From a bacterium (GTDB lineage: Bacteria > UBA10199 > 2-02-FULL-50-16 > JAJFLM01): a stretch of DNA of 64,000 nucleotides. The notes below the pieces were generated by a model that saw nothing but the letters and a program-made list of their open reading frames with translations, was not told where the DNA came from and made no database searches. The DNA is taken from assembly GCA_965216315.1 (NCBI GenBank), contig CBDCFN010000016.1, positions 512,001 through 576,000 of the forward strand, written 5' to 3'. A program made the translations under genes and the position numbers. Positions 1-15,407 of this stretch are shown in pieces; position 1 is the first letter of the stretch; each line of letters begins with the position of its first letter.

Positions 1-3000
1 GTCGACATCAAGGAACGCATTTATTTTAGGGACTTTGGGATGATTGAGGGGATGCCGGTCCCTAATCTGATCGATATCCAGAGAGAGTCCTTTAGAAAGT
101 TTCTGCAGGCAGACGTGGAAGCTGAAAAACGCGAACCAATTGGATTGCAAGGTGTTTTTCAATCGGTTTTTCCAATCAAGGATTTCAATAATACGGCGAG
201 CCTTGAATTTATTTCCTATCATTTGGGTCAACCTAAATATGATGTCGTCGAATGTCGTCAGCGTGGCATGACCTTTGCTGCACCTGTCAGAGTCGTTGTG
301 CGCCTGGTTGTGTGGGATGTCGACCCTGACACTCAAGTGCAATCGATTCGCGACGTCAAAGAACAGGAAGTTTATTTTGGCGAAATTCCATTAATGACGG
401 ATCATGGGACCTTTATTATTAATGGGACTGAACGCGTCATTGTCAGCCAATTGCATCGTTCGCCTGGTATCTTCTTTGAGCATGATAAAGGGAAAACACA
501 TTCGTCTGGAAAGCTTTTGTATTCGGCGCGAGTCATCCCTTATCGGGGAAGCTGGCTTGATTTAGAATTTGATCCCAAAGATATTTTGCATGTTCGTATT
601 GATCGCCGCCGCAAGTTTCCTGCGACAATACTTTTAAAGGCGCTTGGCTATTCAGGTAAAGAGCAGCTTGCCTATTATTATAAATACGAAACCTACACCT
701 ATGAAGGACGAAAGTATTCCAAAGATGTCGTTCTTGATGTTCTGCCGTTTCAACGCGCGTCCCAGGATATAAAGGATCCGAAAGCAAAAGAAGTAGTCGT
801 CAAGGCGGGTCGGAAGTTTACGAGGCCAGTACTTAAAAAGATTCAAGAGGCTAAAGTTAAGAGCATTCCGGTTGATTCAGCTGAGATGATCGATCGAATT
901 GTGGCAAAAGACCTCGTTAATAAGAGTACGGGTGAAGTTATTGTTGAGGCTGGTCAGCCTTTGACTGAGGAGAAACTTGATGAAGTTCGGCAGGCGAAGA
1001 TTCAAGAGATTCCTCTCTACTTTATCGATAATTTAAATGTTGGGCCGTACATTTTAAGTACTCTTCAGGCTGATAAGACAGAGTCTCAGGACGAAGCGGT
1101 TATGGAAATATACCGGCGCTTGCGTCCAGGTGAGCCGCCAACACCTGAGTCGGCGTTGACCTTCTTCAATAATCTTTTCTTCAATTCGGATCGCTATGAC
1201 TTATCCAGGGTTGGTCGTCTTAAGATGAACCATAAGTTCGGTTATGATTTGCCTCTTGATGTTACGACTCTGCGCAAAGAAGATATTCTCGATACGGTTC
1301 GGTATTTATGTGATCTCAAAGACGGGCGTCGTCAGGTTGACGATATCGATCACTTAGGAAATAGGCGCGTTCGTTCCGTTGGTGAATTGCTGGAAAATCA
1401 GTATCGCGTTGGATTGGTGCGCATGGAGCGGGCGATTAAAGAGCGTATGAGCCTGCAAGATGTTGAGACGTTGATGCCCAATGATCTCATTAATCCGAAG
1501 CCGGTGTCCGCGGTTGTAAAAGAATTTTTTGGCTCGAGCCAGCTTTCACAATTTATGGATCAGACGAATCCTTTGTCAGAGGTGACGCATAAGCGGCGTC
1601 TCTCCGCATTAGGTCCGGGTGGCTTGACGCGTGAACGTGCCGGCTTTGAAGTGCGGGATGTTCATACAACTCACTATGGGCGCATTTGTCCGATTGAAAC
1701 TCCTGAAGGTCCGAATATCGGACTGATATCTTCGTTGGCGACTTTTGCCCGGATTAATGAATTTGGTTTTATTGAGACGCCTTATCGTAAAGTCGAGAAA
1801 GGTCGCGTGTCGGATGACGTTCAGTACTATTCAGCGTTGGAAGAGGAAAATCATACGATTGCGCAGGCCAATGCGAAGCTCGACAACAAAGGGCGTTTCG
1901 TCAATGAGCGCGTTGGGGCGCGGATGAGCGGTGACTTTCAGATGATACCTAATGCAGAAATTGATTTGATGGATGTATCGCCTAATCAATTGGTTAGTGT
2001 CGCGGCATCCATGATACCGTTTTTGGAACATGACGATGCCAACCGCGCCTTGATGGGGTCGAACATGCAGCGGCAGGCGGTTCCACTTTTAAAAACGGCG
2101 GCTCCTTTAGTCGGTACGGGGGTCGAGAATAAAGTTGCTAAGGATTCAGGCGTTACTATTGTTGCGAAGCGTAAAGGAACAGTGATTAGCGTTGATGCAA
2201 GTCGAATCGTTATTAAGGCGGATAAGGGCCGTAAAAAAGGCGGTGCAAGCGAAGTCGATATCTACAATCTGACTAAGTATAGACGGTCTAACCAAAATAC
2301 GTGTGTCAATCAAAAGCCTATTGTTCGCGAGGGTGATAAAGTAGAAGCAGGTGATATTGTTGCTGATGGTCCGGCCACGGATCGTGGAACATTGGCGCTG
2401 GGACAAAATGTCCTCGTCGCTTTCATGTTGTGGAATGGTTACAACTTTGAGGATTCGATACTGGTTAGCGAACGGCTGGTTAAGGACGATATATTTACTT
2501 CCATTCATATTGAGGAATTTGAGTGTATTGCGCGCGACACCAAACTTGGTCGTGAGGAAATCACAAGGGATATACCGAATGTCGGTGATGAAGCTTTAGC
2601 TGATCTTGATGACAGTGGGATTGTTAGGATCGGTGCTGAAGTAAAGGCAACAGATATTCTTGTTGGTAAGATTACACCGAAAGGCGAGACTCAGCTATCA
2701 CCTGAGGAGAAATTGCTACGGGCAATTTTTGGTGAAAAGGCAGGCGATGTTAAAGACACTTCTTTGCGTGTTCCTCCGGGTGTAACCGGGACGGTTATCA
2801 GCGCTCAGGTTTTCTCACGCGAAGGCGCCGAGTTGGATGAACGTGCCAAGGCGATCCAAGAAAAAGAGACCAAGAAACTTCTTAAGGATCGTGATGATGA
2901 AATCTCTATTATTCGTGACAGTGTGCGTAAAAAACTTGCGTCGCTCTTGTCAGGAAAAACCAATACTTCAAAAGTCATGGATGATGATGGGGATAAAGTC

Positions 3001-4095
3001 CTTTTAGCTAAAGACAAGAAAATAGCAGACAGTGACCTTAAAGGTATTCCCGTAGAGCGCTGGGCTGAAATTTCCGTCGGAGATGAGGATACAGAGCAAG
3101 AGGCACAGGACATTATCGAGGCGATGGAAGAGAAAATCGATCTCGTTAAGATGGTTTTTGATCAAAAGGTCAGTCAGCTGAAGAAAGGTGATGAATTGCC
3201 TCCTGGAGTTGTCAAAATCGTCAAAGTTTATGTGGCTATTAAGCGTAAGCTCGCAGTCGGCGATAAAATGGCCGGGCGACACGGGAATAAAGGTGTTATT
3301 AGTCGCATTTTGCCACAAGAAGATATGCCTTATCTTGCCGATGGGACCCCGGTTGACATCGTGCTTAATCCACTTGGTGTTCCGTCACGTATGAATGTTG
3401 GCCAGATCTTAGAGACTCATTTGGGTTGGGCGGCGCGTGGTTTAGGTCAGAGAATTGGTGAAATGCTGGAGCAGCAGTCCAGTAGGGATGAACTGAAGAA
3501 ACTTCTTAAAAGCATCTATAGTTCCAAAGAGTTTGACGAATTGCTGGATAGCTTTTCTGATGAAGACCTGATGCGCTTTGCAACGAGTCTTAAGGCAGGT
3601 GTTCACATGTCTACGCCTGTCTTTGATGGGGCTTCGGAAGAGCAAATTTATGACCTTATGGAACATGCAGAGCTTGATCGCTCCGGTCAGACTATTTTGT
3701 TTGATGGTTGCACGGGTGAGGCCTTTGATCATCCGGTAACGGTTGGGGTGATGTATGTGCTGAAACTTCACCATCTTGTGGATGAAAAATTACATGCTCG
3801 TTCGATTGGGCCTTATTCCTTGGTCACGCAGCAGCCGCTGGGTGGTAAGGCACAGTTTGGCGGTCAACGCCTTGGTGAGATGGAAGTATGGGCATTGGAG
3901 GCCTACGGTGCGGCTTATGCCTTGCAGGAATTCCTGACGGTTAAGTCGGATGATGTCTTAGGGCGGACGCGCATGTATGAGATGATTGTTAAAGGTGAAA
4001 AGAATTTTGAGCCAGGTGTTCCGGAATCATTTAATGTGGCAACCAAGGAATTAATGGCATTGAGTCTCGACGTGAAGCTTCACGAGACTGAATAG
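1..4095 (+). CDS. rpoB: RNA polymerase beta subunit (5' end probably outside window)
   Basis: Motifs [42 protein letters not shown]; frame is open from base 1 ([13 protein letters not shown] precedes ATG 40), so the true start is likely upstream. Confidence 0.99.
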   Translation, partial: VDIKERIYFRDFGMIEGMPVPNLIDIQRESFRKFLQADVEAEKREPIGLQGVFQSVFPIKDFNNTASLEFISYHLGQPKYDVVECRQRGMTFAAPVRVVVRLVVWDVDPDTQVQSIRDVKEQEVYFGEIPLMTDHGTFIINGTERVIVSQLHRSPGIFFEHDKGKTHSSGKLLYSARVIPYRGSWLDLEFDPKDILHVRIDRRRKFPATILLKALGYSGKEQLAYYYKYETYTYEGRKYSKDVVLDVLPFQRASQDIKDPKAKEVVVKAGRKFTRPVLKKIQEAKVKSIPVDSAEMIDRIVAKDLVNKSTGEVIVEAGQPLTEEKLDEVRQAKIQEIPLYFIDNLNVGPYILSTLQADKTESQDEAVMEIYRRLRPGEPPTPESALTFFNNLFFNSDRYDLSRVGRLKMNHKFGYDLPLDVTTLRKEDILDTVRYLCDLKDGRRQVDDIDHLGNRRVRSVGELLENQYRVGLVRMERAIKERMSLQDVETLMPNDLINPKPVSAVVKEFFGSSQLSQFMDQTNPLSEVTHKRRLSALGPGGLTRERAGFEVRDVHTTHYGRICPIETPEGPNIGLISSLATFARINEFGFIETPYRKVEKGRVSDDVQYYSALEEENHTIAQANAKLDNKGRFVNERVGARMSGDFQMIPNAEIDLMDVSPNQLVSVAASMIPFLEHDDANRALMGSNMQRQAVPLLKTAAPLVGTGVENKVAKDSGVTIVAKRKGTVISVDASRIVIKADKGRKKGGASEVDIYNLTKYRRSNQNTCVNQKPIVREGDKVEAGDIVADGPATDRGTLALGQNVLVAFMLWNGYNFEDSILVSERLVKDDIFTSIHIEEFECIARDTKLGREEITRDIPNVGDEALADLDDSGIVRIGAEVKATDILVGKITPKGETQLSPEEKLLRAIFGEKAGDVKDTSLRVPPGVTGTVISAQVFSREGAELDERAKAIQEKETKKLLKDRDDEISIIRDSVRKKLASLLSGKTNTSKVMDDDGDKVLLAKDKKIADSDLKGIPVERWAEISVGDEDTEQEAQDIIEAMEEKIDLVKMVFDQKVSQLKKGDELPPGVVKIVKVYVAIKRKLAVGDKMAGRHGNKGVISRILPQEDMPYLADGTPVDIVLNPLGVPSRMNVGQILETHLGWAARGLGQRIGEMLEQQSSRDELKKLLKSIYSSKEFDELLDSFSDEDLMRFATSLKAGVHMSTPVFDGASEEQIYDLMEHAELDRSGQTILFDGCTGEAFDHPVTVGVMYVLKLHHLVDEKLHARSIGPYSLVTQQPLGGKAQFGGQRLGEMEVWALEAYGAAYALQEFLTVKSDDVLGRTRMYEMIVKGEKNFEPGVPESFNVATKELMALSLDVKLHETE

Positions 4096-4120
4096 GGCTT
4101 GTTTATAGGAGATCGATTGC

Positions 4121-7100
4121 ATGGATATTTACGGATATTTTGAAAAGCCAAAAGACCCGGTCGCTTATACGGGAATTCAAATTGGCATTGCGTCTCCCGA
4201 CAAAATTCTCAGTTGGTCTCACGGCGAAGTTAAGAAGCCGGAAACGATCAACTATCGGACGTTTAAGCCTGAGCGTGACGGTCTTTTTTGTGCCAAAATT
4301 TTTGGGCCTGTAAAGGACTACGAATGTAATTGTGGAAAATACAAACGCATGAAGCACCGGGGTATCGTTTGTGAAAAATGCGGTGTTGAAGTCATTCCGT
4401 CCAAAGTTCGTCGTGAGCGTATGGGCCATATCAAGTTAGCGACGCCTGTAGCGCATATCTGGTTTCTTAAAAGTCTCCCCTCTCGAATAGGGACGCTGTT
4501 GGATATTACGTTACGTGATCTCGAACGTGTTCTATATTGTGAGGCGTATCTTGTGATTGATCCGGGCAACACAGAGCTTGAAGAGCGCCAGGTCTTAAGC
4601 GAGGATCAGTATCAACAAGCCATTGAAGAGTTCGGTCCTAAGTTTGTAGCCGATATGGGCGGGACGGCGGTTAAGGAAGTCCTGAAACATATGGACCTCG
4701 AAGAAATTTCGAAGACCATTCGCCAAAATTTAGAAGAAACACGGTCTCAGGCGACGAAGGCAAAACTTTCAAAGCGCCTCAAGATTGTGGAGTCATTTCT
4801 TAATTCAGATAACCGCCCTGAATGGATGATGTTGGATGTTGTCCCCGTTCTGCCACCTGACTTGAGGCCCTTGGTGCCGCTTGAAGGGGGACGTTTTGCG
4901 ACCTCCGACTTGAATGATCTCTATCGGCGCGTGATTAATCGAAATAATCGACTCAAACGTCTCATGGAGCTCAATGCTCCGGATATCATTATTCGCAACG
5001 AGAAGCGCATGTTGCAGGAAGCTGTAGATGCGCTCCTTGATAACGGGCGTCGTGGCAAGACTTTTACAGGGCCTAATAAAAGACCGCTTCGTTCTTTGTC
5101 GGACATGCTTAAAGGTAAGCAAGGTCGATTTCGTCAGAATTTACTTGGGAAGCGTGTCGACTACTCGGGCCGTTCCGTTATCGTCGTCGGTCCTGAGCTT
5201 AAGTTGCACCAGTGCGGGTTGCCTAAGATAATGGCGCTGGAACTGTTTAAACCTTTTATCTATCAGAAGCTTGAAGAACGGGGATATGTCTCGACCATTA
5301 AGGGCGCAAAGAAAATGGTTGAGAACCAGACACAAGAAGTTTGGGATATTCTCGATGAGGTGATTCAAGAGCATCCGATTATGTTGAACCGGGCGCCTAC
5401 GTTGCACCGCTTGGGCATTCAGGCTTTTGAGCCTGTGCTGATTGAAGGTAAAGCGATTCGTCTCCATCCCTTGGTGTGTACCGCATTTAATGCTGACTTT
5501 GATGGGGACCAAATGGCCGTCCATGTTCCCCTCTCAGTTGAAGCGCAGATTGAGGCTCGGGTTTTGATGATGAGTACGAACAATATCTTATCTCCGGCCA
5601 ATGGTAGGCCGATTATTGTGCCGACTCAGGATATGGTGCTGGGTATCTATTACCTAACGCGTGAATTGCCTTTTTCTGCGGGAGAAGGAAAGACATTTGG
5701 CTCGCCTGAGGAAGTTCGCATCGCATACGATGCAGGGCATTTGGATTTGCATGCCCGCATTAATGTTCGCTTTCAAGAGAAGCGTATCGAGACAACAGTG
5801 GGTCGAATCGTTCTTTATGAAATTGTTCCTAATGAGATTCCGTTTGAGACGATCAATAAAGTCATGTCCAAGAAGGATATTACGGACCTGATTGAGTATT
5901 GCTACCGAGAATGTGGCAATAAAAAGACGGTTCTCTTGGCGGATCATTTGCGTGCTCTGGGTTTCCGTCACTCAACGAAGGCCGGTATTTCTATTTGTAT
6001 GGGGAATATGGAAATACCTGTGAAAAAACAGGAATTGCTTGACCAGGCGAGTTTGCAGGTTCGGGAGATTGACACTCAATATCAAGAGGGCCTGATCACC
6101 GCAGGTGAAAAATATAATAAGGTTGTCGATATATGGGCTGACACGACAGAGCGGGTGGCTCGTGAGATGATGAACAGCCTGAGTAAGGATGTGTTTGAGG
6201 GCCCCGAAGGGCAAAAGAAGGAAGTCGTCGGCTTTAATCCAATCTTTATTATGGCAGATTCGGGTGCTCGAGGTTCAGCACAGCAGATGAGGCAGTTGGC
6301 CGGTATGCGCGGACTGATGGCCAAGCCCTCCGGTGAAATTATTGAAACTCCTATTACGGCGAATTTCCGTGAAGGATTGACGGCACTCCAATACTTTATT
6401 TCGACTCACGGGGCTCGTAAGGGTTTGGCGGATACGGCTCTCAAGACAGCAAACTCAGGGTATCTGACGCGCCGCCTCGTGGACGTTGCTCAAGATGCGA
6501 TTGTTTCTGAATATGATTGTAAGACGCCTGATTCGATTGAAGTTGGATCCCTGATTGAAGGCGGTGAAATCATTGAGCACTTAGGGTCTCGTATACTCGG
6601 TCGCGTCGCTCCGGAAGATATTAAAGATCCTTTCACTGATGAAGTGATCGTTAAAAAGGATGAGCAAGTGACCGAAGAGCACGTAGCTAAGATTGAGGAG
6701 TCGGGGCTGGAAAAGGTTCGTATCCGTTCGGTTTTAACCTGTAGAAGTGACTGGGGTATTTGCGTTCAGTGTTATGGGCGAGATCTGGCTCGTGGACATC
6801 TCGTCAATATTGGTGAGGCAGTTGGGGTTATTGCTGCGCAGTCTATCGGTGAACCAGGTACGCAGCTGACCATGCGGACTTTCCATATTGGTGGGACGGC
6901 GTCGAGGCGGGTTGAACAGTCTACGCTGGAAAGCCGTCACGAAGGTGTGGTTAAGTTTATCAACCTTAAATCCGTGCAGGATCGATATAAGTCACTCAAA
7001 GTCATGAATCGCAACGGCGAAGTTGCAATTGTCGATGATGAAGGGCGTGAACGTGAAAGATATCAAGTGATCTATGGAGCCCGTATTTTAGTGAAAGAGG

Positions 7101-8230
7101 GCGATAGGGTAAAGAATGGCACGTTGATGGCTGAGTGGGATCCGTATACAACTCCAATTGTTACCGAAGTGGGAGGGACGATCAAATTTGGTGACATCGT
7201 TGAAGGTGTGTCGATGCGCGAAGAAGTGGATCAGGTCTCAGGATTATCGACAAAGGTTATCTCTGAATCGAAAGATCCCAGTTTGCGCCCACGTATTTCT
7301 GTCAAAGACGAAAAAGATGGTACCAAGATTATTCCGGGCAGTGATCGTGAAGCCCGTTATCTCTTACCGTTGCATGCCCACTTAATAGCTGCTGAAGGAG
7401 ACGCTGTCGAAGCGGGTGATGTTATTGCCAAGATACCGCGTGAAACAACCAAAACTAAGGATATTACGGGTGGTCTGCCCCGAGTTGCAGAGCTGTTTGA
7501 AGCGCGAAAGCCGAAAGACTGTGCGGTTGTTACTGAGATTGAGGGTGTCGTAAGTTTTGGTAAAGATACAAAGGGTAAGCGTAAGGTCATTATTACGCCC
7601 GAGGTCGGAGAGCCCGAAGAGTATCTTATTCCGCGAGCCAAACACATCGCTGTTCATGAAGGAGATCATGTCAGGCCCGGTGATCCATTGATGGACGGTG
7701 CATCGAACCCACATGATATTTTAAAAGTCATGGGTGAAAAGGAATTGGCGAAGTATCTCGTTGATGAAATTCAAGAAGTGTATCGACTGCAGGGCGTGCA
7801 AATTAATGACAAGCATATTGAGACGATCGTGCGCCAAATGCTCCGACGGATTCGTATATTGGATCCGGGCGACAGTAGCTTCTTGATTGAAGAGCAAGTT
7901 GAAAAACAGGCATTTCGGCGCGAGAATGAACGGATCAAAGAAGCTGGTGGCAAGCCGGCGGTGGGTGAGCCCATGTTGCTTGGTATCACCAAGGCTTCCT
8001 TGTCGATCGATAGTTTTATTTCAGCGGCGTCATTCCAGGAGACGACCAAGGTGCTTACGGAGGCGGCAGTCTCCGGCAAGACTGACTTTCTGCGGGGTCT
8101 CAAAGAGAATGTTATTATGGGCCGCTTGATACCCGCTGGAACTGGGTTCACTCGGTACCAGCAGTACCAGATCGAGGTGAAAGAAGAAGGTAATGCAGCA
8201 GAAGAATCCGTACCCCCTGGAGCGGCCTAA
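4121..8230 (+). CDS. rpoC: RNA polymerase beta' subunit
   Basis: [12 protein letters not shown] catalytic motif, N-terminal Cys zinc finger, AGGAG RBS. Confidence 0.99.
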   Translation: MDIYGYFEKPKDPVAYTGIQIGIASPDKILSWSHGEVKKPETINYRTFKPERDGLFCAKIFGPVKDYECNCGKYKRMKHRGIVCEKCGVEVIPSKVRRERMGHIKLATPVAHIWFLKSLPSRIGTLLDITLRDLERVLYCEAYLVIDPGNTELEERQVLSEDQYQQAIEEFGPKFVADMGGTAVKEVLKHMDLEEISKTIRQNLEETRSQATKAKLSKRLKIVESFLNSDNRPEWMMLDVVPVLPPDLRPLVPLEGGRFATSDLNDLYRRVINRNNRLKRLMELNAPDIIIRNEKRMLQEAVDALLDNGRRGKTFTGPNKRPLRSLSDMLKGKQGRFRQNLLGKRVDYSGRSVIVVGPELKLHQCGLPKIMALELFKPFIYQKLEERGYVSTIKGAKKMVENQTQEVWDILDEVIQEHPIMLNRAPTLHRLGIQAFEPVLIEGKAIRLHPLVCTAFNADFDGDQMAVHVPLSVEAQIEARVLMMSTNNILSPANGRPIIVPTQDMVLGIYYLTRELPFSAGEGKTFGSPEEVRIAYDAGHLDLHARINVRFQEKRIETTVGRIVLYEIVPNEIPFETINKVMSKKDITDLIEYCYRECGNKKTVLLADHLRALGFRHSTKAGISICMGNMEIPVKKQELLDQASLQVREIDTQYQEGLITAGEKYNKVVDIWADTTERVAREMMNSLSKDVFEGPEGQKKEVVGFNPIFIMADSGARGSAQQMRQLAGMRGLMAKPSGEIIETPITANFREGLTALQYFISTHGARKGLADTALKTANSGYLTRRLVDVAQDAIVSEYDCKTPDSIEVGSLIEGGEIIEHLGSRILGRVAPEDIKDPFTDEVIVKKDEQVTEEHVAKIEESGLEKVRIRSVLTCRSDWGICVQCYGRDLARGHLVNIGEAVGVIAAQSIGEPGTQLTMRTFHIGGTASRRVEQSTLESRHEGVVKFINLKSVQDRYKSLKVMNRNGEVAIVDDEGRERERYQVIYGARILVKEGDRVKNGTLMAEWDPYTTPIVTEVGGTIKFGDIVEGVSMREEVDQVSGLSTKVISESKDPSLRPRISVKDEKDGTKIIPGSDREARYLLPLHAHLIAAEGDAVEAGDVIAKIPRETTKTKDITGGLPRVAELFEARKPKDCAVVTEIEGVVSFGKDTKGKRKVIITPEVGEPEEYLIPRAKHIAVHEGDHVRPGDPLMDGASNPHDILKVMGEKELAKYLVDEIQEVYRLQGVQINDKHIETIVRQMLRRIRILDPGDSSFLIEEQVEKQAFRRENERIKEAGGKPAVGEPMLLGITKASLSIDSFISAASFQETTKVLTEAAVSGKTDFLRGLKENVIMGRLIPAGTGFTRYQQYQIEVKEEGNAAEESVPPGAA

Positions 8231-8358
8231 GGGGTCAAAATCCTTGACTCTTCTAGGGTGATGGGGTTAGGTACGCGTCTCCTTTGACCTTTTACGGGGA
8301 GCGGGGGACTTTTGCGCAAAAACGTGAACATAAAAAAGTATAAAGAAATCAGTAAGTT

Positions 8359-8730
8359 ATGCCAACGATTAATCAGCTGGTCCGTAAAGGACGCAAGCCA
8401 GTTTTCAAAAAGGGTACGGCCCCGGCTCTCAAGAGCTGTCCGCAGCGGCGGGGGGTCTGCGTCCGCGTCTATACGACAACTCCCAAAAAGCCTAATTCGG
8501 CCCTCCGTAAAGTCGCCCGTGTTCGCCTGACCACGGGCATCGAAGTGACTGCTTACATTCCTGGGATTGGACATAATCTGCAAGAGCACTCGGTCGTTCT
8601 CGTGCGTGGCGGACGTGTTAAAGATCTTCCCGGGGTGCGATATCATGTCGTGCGCGGCAGTTTAGATACCTCCGGCGTGGAGAATCGGCGTCAGGGCCGT
8701 TCAAAGTATGGGGCCAAGCGTCCCAAATAG
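8359..8730 (+). CDS. rpsL: 30S ribosomal protein S12
   Basis: [32 protein letters not shown]. Confidence 0.99.
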   Translation: MPTINQLVRKGRKPVFKKGTAPALKSCPQRRGVCVRVYTTTPKKPNSALRKVARVRLTTGIEVTAYIPGIGHNLQEHSVVLVRGGRVKDLPGVRYHVVRGSLDTSGVENRRQGRSKYGAKRPK

Positions 8731-8740
8731 GAAATGAGAT

Positions 8741-9211
8741 ATGTCGCGTAAAGGCCCAATTCAAAAAAGAAAAATTATTCCGGATCCAAAATATAACGAT
8801 CGACTCCTGGCGCGACTCATTAATAAGGTAATGTATGACGGAAAGCGTTCAGTCGCTGAGAAAATTGTCTACAAGGCCTTTCATATCATCAGTGAGCAGA
8901 CGAAAGAAGATCCCCTTAAAATTTTCAAAGAATCCTTAGATCAGATTAAGCCGGCAGTCGAGGTTCGGTCGCGGCGCGTTGGTGGCGCGACCTATCAGGT
9001 TCCCGTTGAAGTGCGTTTTGAACGCCAAGTTTCTTTGGGTCTTCGTTGGCTTGTTGGCTATGCGCGAGAGCGGGGTGAGCGAACGATGGAACAAAAACTC
9101 GCGGGAGAAATACTGGATGCACATCAAGGTCGCGGCAACGCGATTCGGAAGCGTGAAGATATTCATCGCATGGCCGAAGCTAATAAGGCCTTTTCACATT
9201 ATCGGTGGTAA
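8741..9211 (+). CDS. rpsG: 30S ribosomal protein S7
   Basis: [27 protein letters not shown]. Confidence 0.99.
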   Translation: MSRKGPIQKRKIIPDPKYNDRLLARLINKVMYDGKRSVAEKIVYKAFHIISEQTKEDPLKIFKESLDQIKPAVEVRSRRVGGATYQVPVEVRFERQVSLGLRWLVGYARERGERTMEQKLAGEILDAHQGRGNAIRKREDIHRMAEANKAFSHYRW

Positions 9212-9214
9212 GAG

Positions 9215-11305
9215 ATGGCAGACCAAAAAGTTACATTAGATAAAACGCGCAACATCGGAATTATTGCCCATATTGATGCGGGTAAAACGACCGTAACCGA
9301 GCGGGTTCTTTTTTATACGGGGATTTCCCATAAAATAGGCGAAGTGCATGACGGAGCCGCCGTCATGGACTGGATGGAGCAAGAGCAGGAGCGCGGTATT
9401 ACGATTACATCGGCTGCAACGACCTGTTTTTGGAAAGATCACCGTATTAACATTATTGATACGCCGGGCCACGTTGATTTTACGATTGAGGTGGAGCGTT
9501 CTTTGCGTGTTCTTGATGGTGCGGTTGGTGTTTTTTGCGGCGTTGCGGGAGTGCAGCCTCAATCCGAAACCGTTTGGCGTCAGGGGAATCGTTATAAAGT
9601 CCCCCGCATGGCCTTTGTCAATAAGATGGATCGGACAGGCGCCGATTTCTTTCGTTGTATTCAGATGATGAAAGATCGTTTGAATGCGAATCCGGTCATC
9701 ATGGTCATTCCTATTGGAGCGGAAGAGAATTTCGAAGGAGTCGTCGATCTTATTGATATGAAGGCGATTCGTTTCGATGAAGCCACTAAGGGAGTTAAAG
9801 TTCTTGAGGGCGAAATTCCTGATGAACTGAAGGCGCAGGCGGAAGAATATCGTGAAAAAATGGTTGAAGAGATCGCCTCGCATGATGATGCTCTGATGGA
9901 GAAATATTTAGAAGGTGGCGATATCGCTCGTGAAGAGCTCATTGCTGCGGCGCGAAAGGCAACGATTGCGGGACTTATAACGCCGGCTTATTGCGGAACT
10001 GCCTTTAAGAATAAGGGTGTTCAGACGATGTTGGATGCCGTCATTGATTTCCTGCCATCGCCGCTCGATGTCCCTGACGTTGAGGGTTATGATCCGGAAA
10101 ATACTGAAAAGGCGTTGACGCGCAAGGCCGACCCCAAAGCTCCATTTGCCGCGTTGGCGTTTAAGATCATGACGGACCCTTTTGTCGGTTCATTGACCTT
10201 TATTCGCGTGTATTCCGGATCGCTTAATTCCGGCGACGAGGTCTATAACACGATCAAAAATAAGCGGGAGCGTTTGGGCCGTCTCCTTTTAATGCATGCC
10301 AATGAGCGTCAGCAGATCGATTCCATCAGTGCCGGTGATATCGTGTCTGTAGTGGGGCTGAAAACCGCGACGACCGGCGATACGCTCAGCGATGAAAAGA
10401 ATAAAATCGTCCTCGAATCGATGGATTTTCCGGATCCGGTTATTTCGGTTGCGATTGAACCAAAAAGTAAGGCGGACCAAGAGAAATTGTCTGTTGCCTT
10501 GCAGCGCTTGGCGAAAGAGGATCCCTCCTTTAAAGTGGCAGTGGATCACGAGACCGGACAGACGATCATTTCCGGCATGGGCGAGTTGCATTTGGAAATC
10601 ATTGTTGATCGCTTGATGCGTGAATTTAAAGTTGAAGCGAATGTCGGCCGCCCTCAAGTTGCTTACCGTGAGACTATTCAAGGGAATGCCGATGCCGAAT
10701 GTAAGTATGCGCGGCAGACCGGTGGTCGCGGTCAGTACGGTCATGTCAAGATACGCATCGAGCCGCTCGAGCGTGGGTCCGGTTTCGTCTTTGATAATAA
10801 GATCGTGGGCGGGCGCATTCCTAAAGAATTTATTCCGGCGGTGGAAAAGGGTATTTCAGAGGCCATGGAAGGCGGCGTGCTAGCCGGGTACAATTTGATC
10901 GATGTCCGCGTTGAGCTCTATGATGGCTCTTTCCATGAAGTGGATTCATCGGAAATGGCATTTAAAATTGCTGGTTCGATGGCGTTTAAGGATGCCGCAA
11001 AAAAAGCAGGTCTTGTTCTGCTTGAGCCAATGATGAAAATTGAAGTGACAACGCCGGAAGATTATCTCGGACCTGTTACCGGTGACCTGAACTCGCGCCG
11101 CGGCCGTATTATGGGAACGGATAAACAACATGGCATGGTGATACTTGATGCCGAAGTGCCACTGGCGCAAATGTTCGGGTATGCAACTGACCTTCGTTCC
11201 GCAACTCAAGGTCGTGCTGTTTTTTCCATGGAGTTTAATCATTACGAGCCTACACCGAGGAATGTGATGGATGAGATTGTGGCCAAGGTGCAGGGGCAGA
11301 AATAG
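9215..11305 (+). CDS. fusA: Elongation factor G
   Basis: [30 protein letters not shown]; str operon position. Confidence 0.99.
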   Translation: MADQKVTLDKTRNIGIIAHIDAGKTTVTERVLFYTGISHKIGEVHDGAAVMDWMEQEQERGITITSAATTCFWKDHRINIIDTPGHVDFTIEVERSLRVLDGAVGVFCGVAGVQPQSETVWRQGNRYKVPRMAFVNKMDRTGADFFRCIQMMKDRLNANPVIMVIPIGAEENFEGVVDLIDMKAIRFDEATKGVKVLEGEIPDELKAQAEEYREKMVEEIASHDDALMEKYLEGGDIAREELIAAARKATIAGLITPAYCGTAFKNKGVQTMLDAVIDFLPSPLDVPDVEGYDPENTEKALTRKADPKAPFAALAFKIMTDPFVGSLTFIRVYSGSLNSGDEVYNTIKNKRERLGRLLLMHANERQQIDSISAGDIVSVVGLKTATTGDTLSDEKNKIVLESMDFPDPVISVAIEPKSKADQEKLSVALQRLAKEDPSFKVAVDHETGQTIISGMGELHLEIIVDRLMREFKVEANVGRPQVAYRETIQGNADAECKYARQTGGRGQYGHVKIRIEPLERGSGFVFDNKIVGGRIPKEFIPAVEKGISEAMEGGVLAGYNLIDVRVELYDGSFHEVDSSEMAFKIAGSMAFKDAAKKAGLVLLEPMMKIEVTTPEDYLGPVTGDLNSRRGRIMGTDKQHGMVILDAEVPLAQMFGYATDLRSATQGRAVFSMEFNHYEPTPRNVMDEIVAKVQGQK

Positions 11306-11332
11306 TTTTAACCGATTTGAAGGAGAGATCCC

Positions 11333-12523
<1,191 letters not shown>

Positions 12524-12536
12524 TAAGGAAGGCACG

Positions 12537-12863
12537 ATGGCCGGTTCATTAGAAGAAGGACAAAAAATTCGGATACGCCTGAGGGGATTTGATCACAAGT
12601 TGCTCGATCAGGCTGCTCAGGAAATCACTGAAACCTGTCACCGAACCGGTGCTAAGATGGCTGGTCCTATTCCTTTGCCGACGCGAATAGAGCGATACAC
12701 TGTATTACGCTCACCACATGTGGATAAAAAATCGCGTGAACAGTTTGAAATGCGAACACATAAGAGGCTGATTGATATTGTAGAACCAAATCAAGCCATG
12801 ATCGATGCCTTAATGAAGCTGGAGTTATCCGCAGGTGTCGATGTCGAAATAAAGATGATTTAG
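12537..12863 (+). CDS. rpsJ: 30S ribosomal protein S10
   Basis: [26 protein letters not shown]. Confidence 0.99.
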   Translation: MAGSLEEGQKIRIRLRGFDHKLLDQAAQEITETCHRTGAKMAGPIPLPTRIERYTVLRSPHVDKKSREQFEMRTHKRLIDIVEPNQAMIDALMKLELSAGVDVEIKMI

Positions 12864-12875
12864 GGATTAAGTGAG

Positions 12876-13664
12876 ATGAAGGGAACAGGCCTTCTAGGCA
12901 AAAAAATCGGCATGACACAGATATTTGATGATGCAGGGGCTTGTGTGCCCGTGACAGTCATTCAGGTCGGGCCGTGCACTGTGGTCGATAAAAAGACGCA
13001 GGAGCGTGACGGTTATTCGGCACTCCAGTTGGGTTACGAACCCATTGAGGATCGCAAGGTGAATAGGCCAAAGATGGGACATTTTAAGAAGGCAGGAGTG
13101 AAGCCGTTTCGCTATCTGCGTGAGGTGCGTCTTTCGGGCGATGATTTGGGGACTGTCGGTCAAGCGCTTGATATTAGTCTTTTTGCCGTCGGAGATAAGA
13201 TCGATGTAATGGGGACCAGCAAAGGTAAAGGCTTTCAGGGGGTTATTAAGAGACATGGTTTCAGTGGAGGTCCCGGTGCCCATGGATCTCATTTTCATCG
13301 CGTGCCTGGATCTATTGGTCAGTGTACTTCGCCGGGAGAAGTACACAAAGGGCAGAAGATGCCAGGGCGAACGGGTGGTAACAGCGTAACAGTTCGTAAT
13401 CTTCGTGTTGTTGCGCTTCGTGCGGATGATAATGTTCTGTTGATCCGAGGGGCTATCCCGGGCCCAAATGATGGAATTGTGTTTCTAAGAATGGATGAGG
13501 CGCTTTTCCAGGAACGGGCTCAAGCCGCAGTGCCGGCTGAAGTTGCTGAGGAGTCGGTAGAACAGGAAAGTGCGGCGGAAGAAGCCGTTACCGATGAGAA
13601 GCCAGCGGAAGCTGAAGGCGAAGCAAAAGATGAGCCCGAAAAAGCAACTAAGGATGAAGGCTAA
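12876..13664 (+). CDS. rplC: 50S ribosomal protein L3 with acidic C-terminal extension
   Basis: GKKIGMTQIF, SKGKGFQGVIKRHGF. Confidence 0.98.
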   Translation: MKGTGLLGKKIGMTQIFDDAGACVPVTVIQVGPCTVVDKKTQERDGYSALQLGYEPIEDRKVNRPKMGHFKKAGVKPFRYLREVRLSGDDLGTVGQALDISLFAVGDKIDVMGTSKGKGFQGVIKRHGFSGGPGAHGSHFHRVPGSIGQCTSPGEVHKGQKMPGRTGGNSVTVRNLRVVALRADDNVLLIRGAIPGPNDGIVFLRMDEALFQERAQAAVPAEVAEESVEQESAAEEAVTDEKPAEAEGEAKDEPEKATKDEG

Positions 13665-14290
13665 TGGCGAGCGTAGATGTTTATAGTCAGGATAAGAAAA
13701 AGCTTTCGTCAGTTGAGCTGAACGCAGGCTGGGATGGACCTGTCATGAAGACGACTGTCTTTGATGTTGCGCTTTGGCAGCAGGCCGGACGGCGTCGCGG
13801 GACATCGTCAACTAAATGCCGGTCGGACGTGCGGGGAAGCGGCCGAAAGATTTACCGCCAAAAAGGGACGGGAAATGCGCGTCATGCGGACCGACAGGCC
13901 AATATTTTTGTTGGTGGTGGGATTACTTTCGGTCCGAAGCCAAAGGACTGGAGTTTTGCCATCCCTAAAAAACAGCGGCGTGCCGCAATATGCTCCGTAT
14001 TGATTCATAAACTGCGTAAAGATAAATTGCGAGTCGTTGATACGCTTGATTTTGGCGAAGTTAAAACCAAAAAAGCCCGTGAATTTTTTGATAAATGGGA
14101 ACTTAAAAATGCCCTCGTTGTTTTACATGAGGCGAATGATTCTGTTGTAAAATCAGTCCGGAATATTCCGGGATTTAAAACCTGTGCCGCTCAGTCATTA
14201 AATGTGGCGGACTTATTACTCCATGATATGATTATTTTAACTAAGCCGTCATTGGAGATCGTTGAGAAGCAATGGGTGCAAAAAAGTTAG
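13664..14290 (+). CDS. rplD: 50S ribosomal protein L4
   Basis: RQKGTGNARH, GGGITFGPKP; operon order. Confidence 0.98.
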   Translation: MASVDVYSQDKKKLSSVELNAGWDGPVMKTTVFDVALWQQAGRRRGTSSTKCRSDVRGSGRKIYRQKGTGNARHADRQANIFVGGGITFGPKPKDWSFAIPKKQRRAAICSVLIHKLRKDKLRVVDTLDFGEVKTKKAREFFDKWELKNALVVLHEANDSVVKSVRNIPGFKTCAAQSLNVADLLLHDMIILTKPSLEIVEKQWVQKS

Positions 14291-14568
14291 AAACCATAAT
14301 TCGCCGACCGGTGATTACAGAGAAGAGCGCGCTGATGCAGCAGTATCAAAATGCTCATGTTTTTGAAGTTGAGCGCGCGGCGACTAAACTGCAGGTCAAA
14401 GAGGCCGTCCAAAAACTGTTTGATGTAAAAGTGTTGAACGTGCGGACGATGATCATGCCGAGAAAGTGGAAGCGTCATGGGCGCCAAGTGGGGCGAACGA
14501 GCCCCTGGAAGAAAGCTATAGTCACACTTGCTGAGGGGCAAACCTTAGAGGCGATTGAGCCTAAGTAG
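14272..14568 (+). CDS. rplW: 50S ribosomal protein L23
   Basis: IIRRPVITEKS, WKKAIVTL. Confidence 0.97.
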   Translation: MGAKKLETIIRRPVITEKSALMQQYQNAHVFEVERAATKLQVKEAVQKLFDVKVLNVRTMIMPRKWKRHGRQVGRTSPWKKAIVTLAEGQTLEAIEPK

Positions 14569-14576
14569 GATAACGA

Positions 14577-15404
14577 ATGCCGACAAAGAAATTTAAACCT
14601 TATACAGACTCGCGCCGCAACATGACGGTTGTGGACTATTCTGTGCTGACTAAAAAGAAGCCGGAAAAGGGTCTTCTTGCCAAGCTCAGCAAAAAGGGTG
14701 GACGCAATGTCTATGGGCGTAAGACCGTTGGCCAACGTTCCGGAGGCCATAAGCGCCGTTATCGGATTATTGACTTTAAACGTGATAAGCAGGGAGTGCC
14801 GGGCAAAGTATCGTCAATTGAATATGACCCGAATCGAAGCGCGTTTATCGCGCTTGTAACCTACTTCGATGGAGATAAACGATACATACTAGCCCCGAAG
14901 GGTGTTGCTGTCGGAGATGAGATCCTTGCGAGTGATGATGCTGAGATTCGTCCGGGTAATACCTTGGCATTGCATAGTATTCCGGTCGGGACGCAGATTC
15001 ATAATATTGAAGTCAGTCAAGGCCGGGGAGGTCAACTTGTGCGAAGTGCTGGTGGAGTCGCACAGCTGGTTGCAACTGACGGACCGTGGGCGCAGATAAA
15101 ATTGCCTTCTGGTGAAGTGAGGCGAATAGATGTTCGCTGTCGCGCGACTGTGGGTCAATTGTCTAATACGGAGCATGAGAATGTTACGATTGGTAAGGCG
15201 GGAAGGACGCGCTGGCTGGGACGTTCACCGCGTGTGCGCGGCATGGTGAAAAATCCGGTGGATCACCCACACGGTGGAGGTGAAGGCCGTTCCAAAGGTG
15301 GAAATCATCCCATGACGCCTTGGGGTAAACCGACGAAGGGTTACAAGACGCGCCACAATAAACGAACCGATCAGTATATTGTTCGTGATAGAAGGAGAAA
15401 ATAG
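14577..15404 (+). CDS. rplB: 50S ribosomal protein L2
   Basis: [21 protein letters not shown]. Confidence 0.99.
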   Translation: MPTKKFKPYTDSRRNMTVVDYSVLTKKKPEKGLLAKLSKKGGRNVYGRKTVGQRSGGHKRRYRIIDFKRDKQGVPGKVSSIEYDPNRSAFIALVTYFDGDKRYILAPKGVAVGDEILASDDAEIRPGNTLALHSIPVGTQIHNIEVSQGRGGQLVRSAGGVAQLVATDGPWAQIKLPSGEVRRIDVRCRATVGQLSNTEHENVTIGKAGRTRWLGRSPRVRGMVKNPVDHPHGGGEGRSKGGNHPMTPWGKPTKGYKTRHNKRTDQYIVRDRRRK

Positions 15405-15407
15405 GTT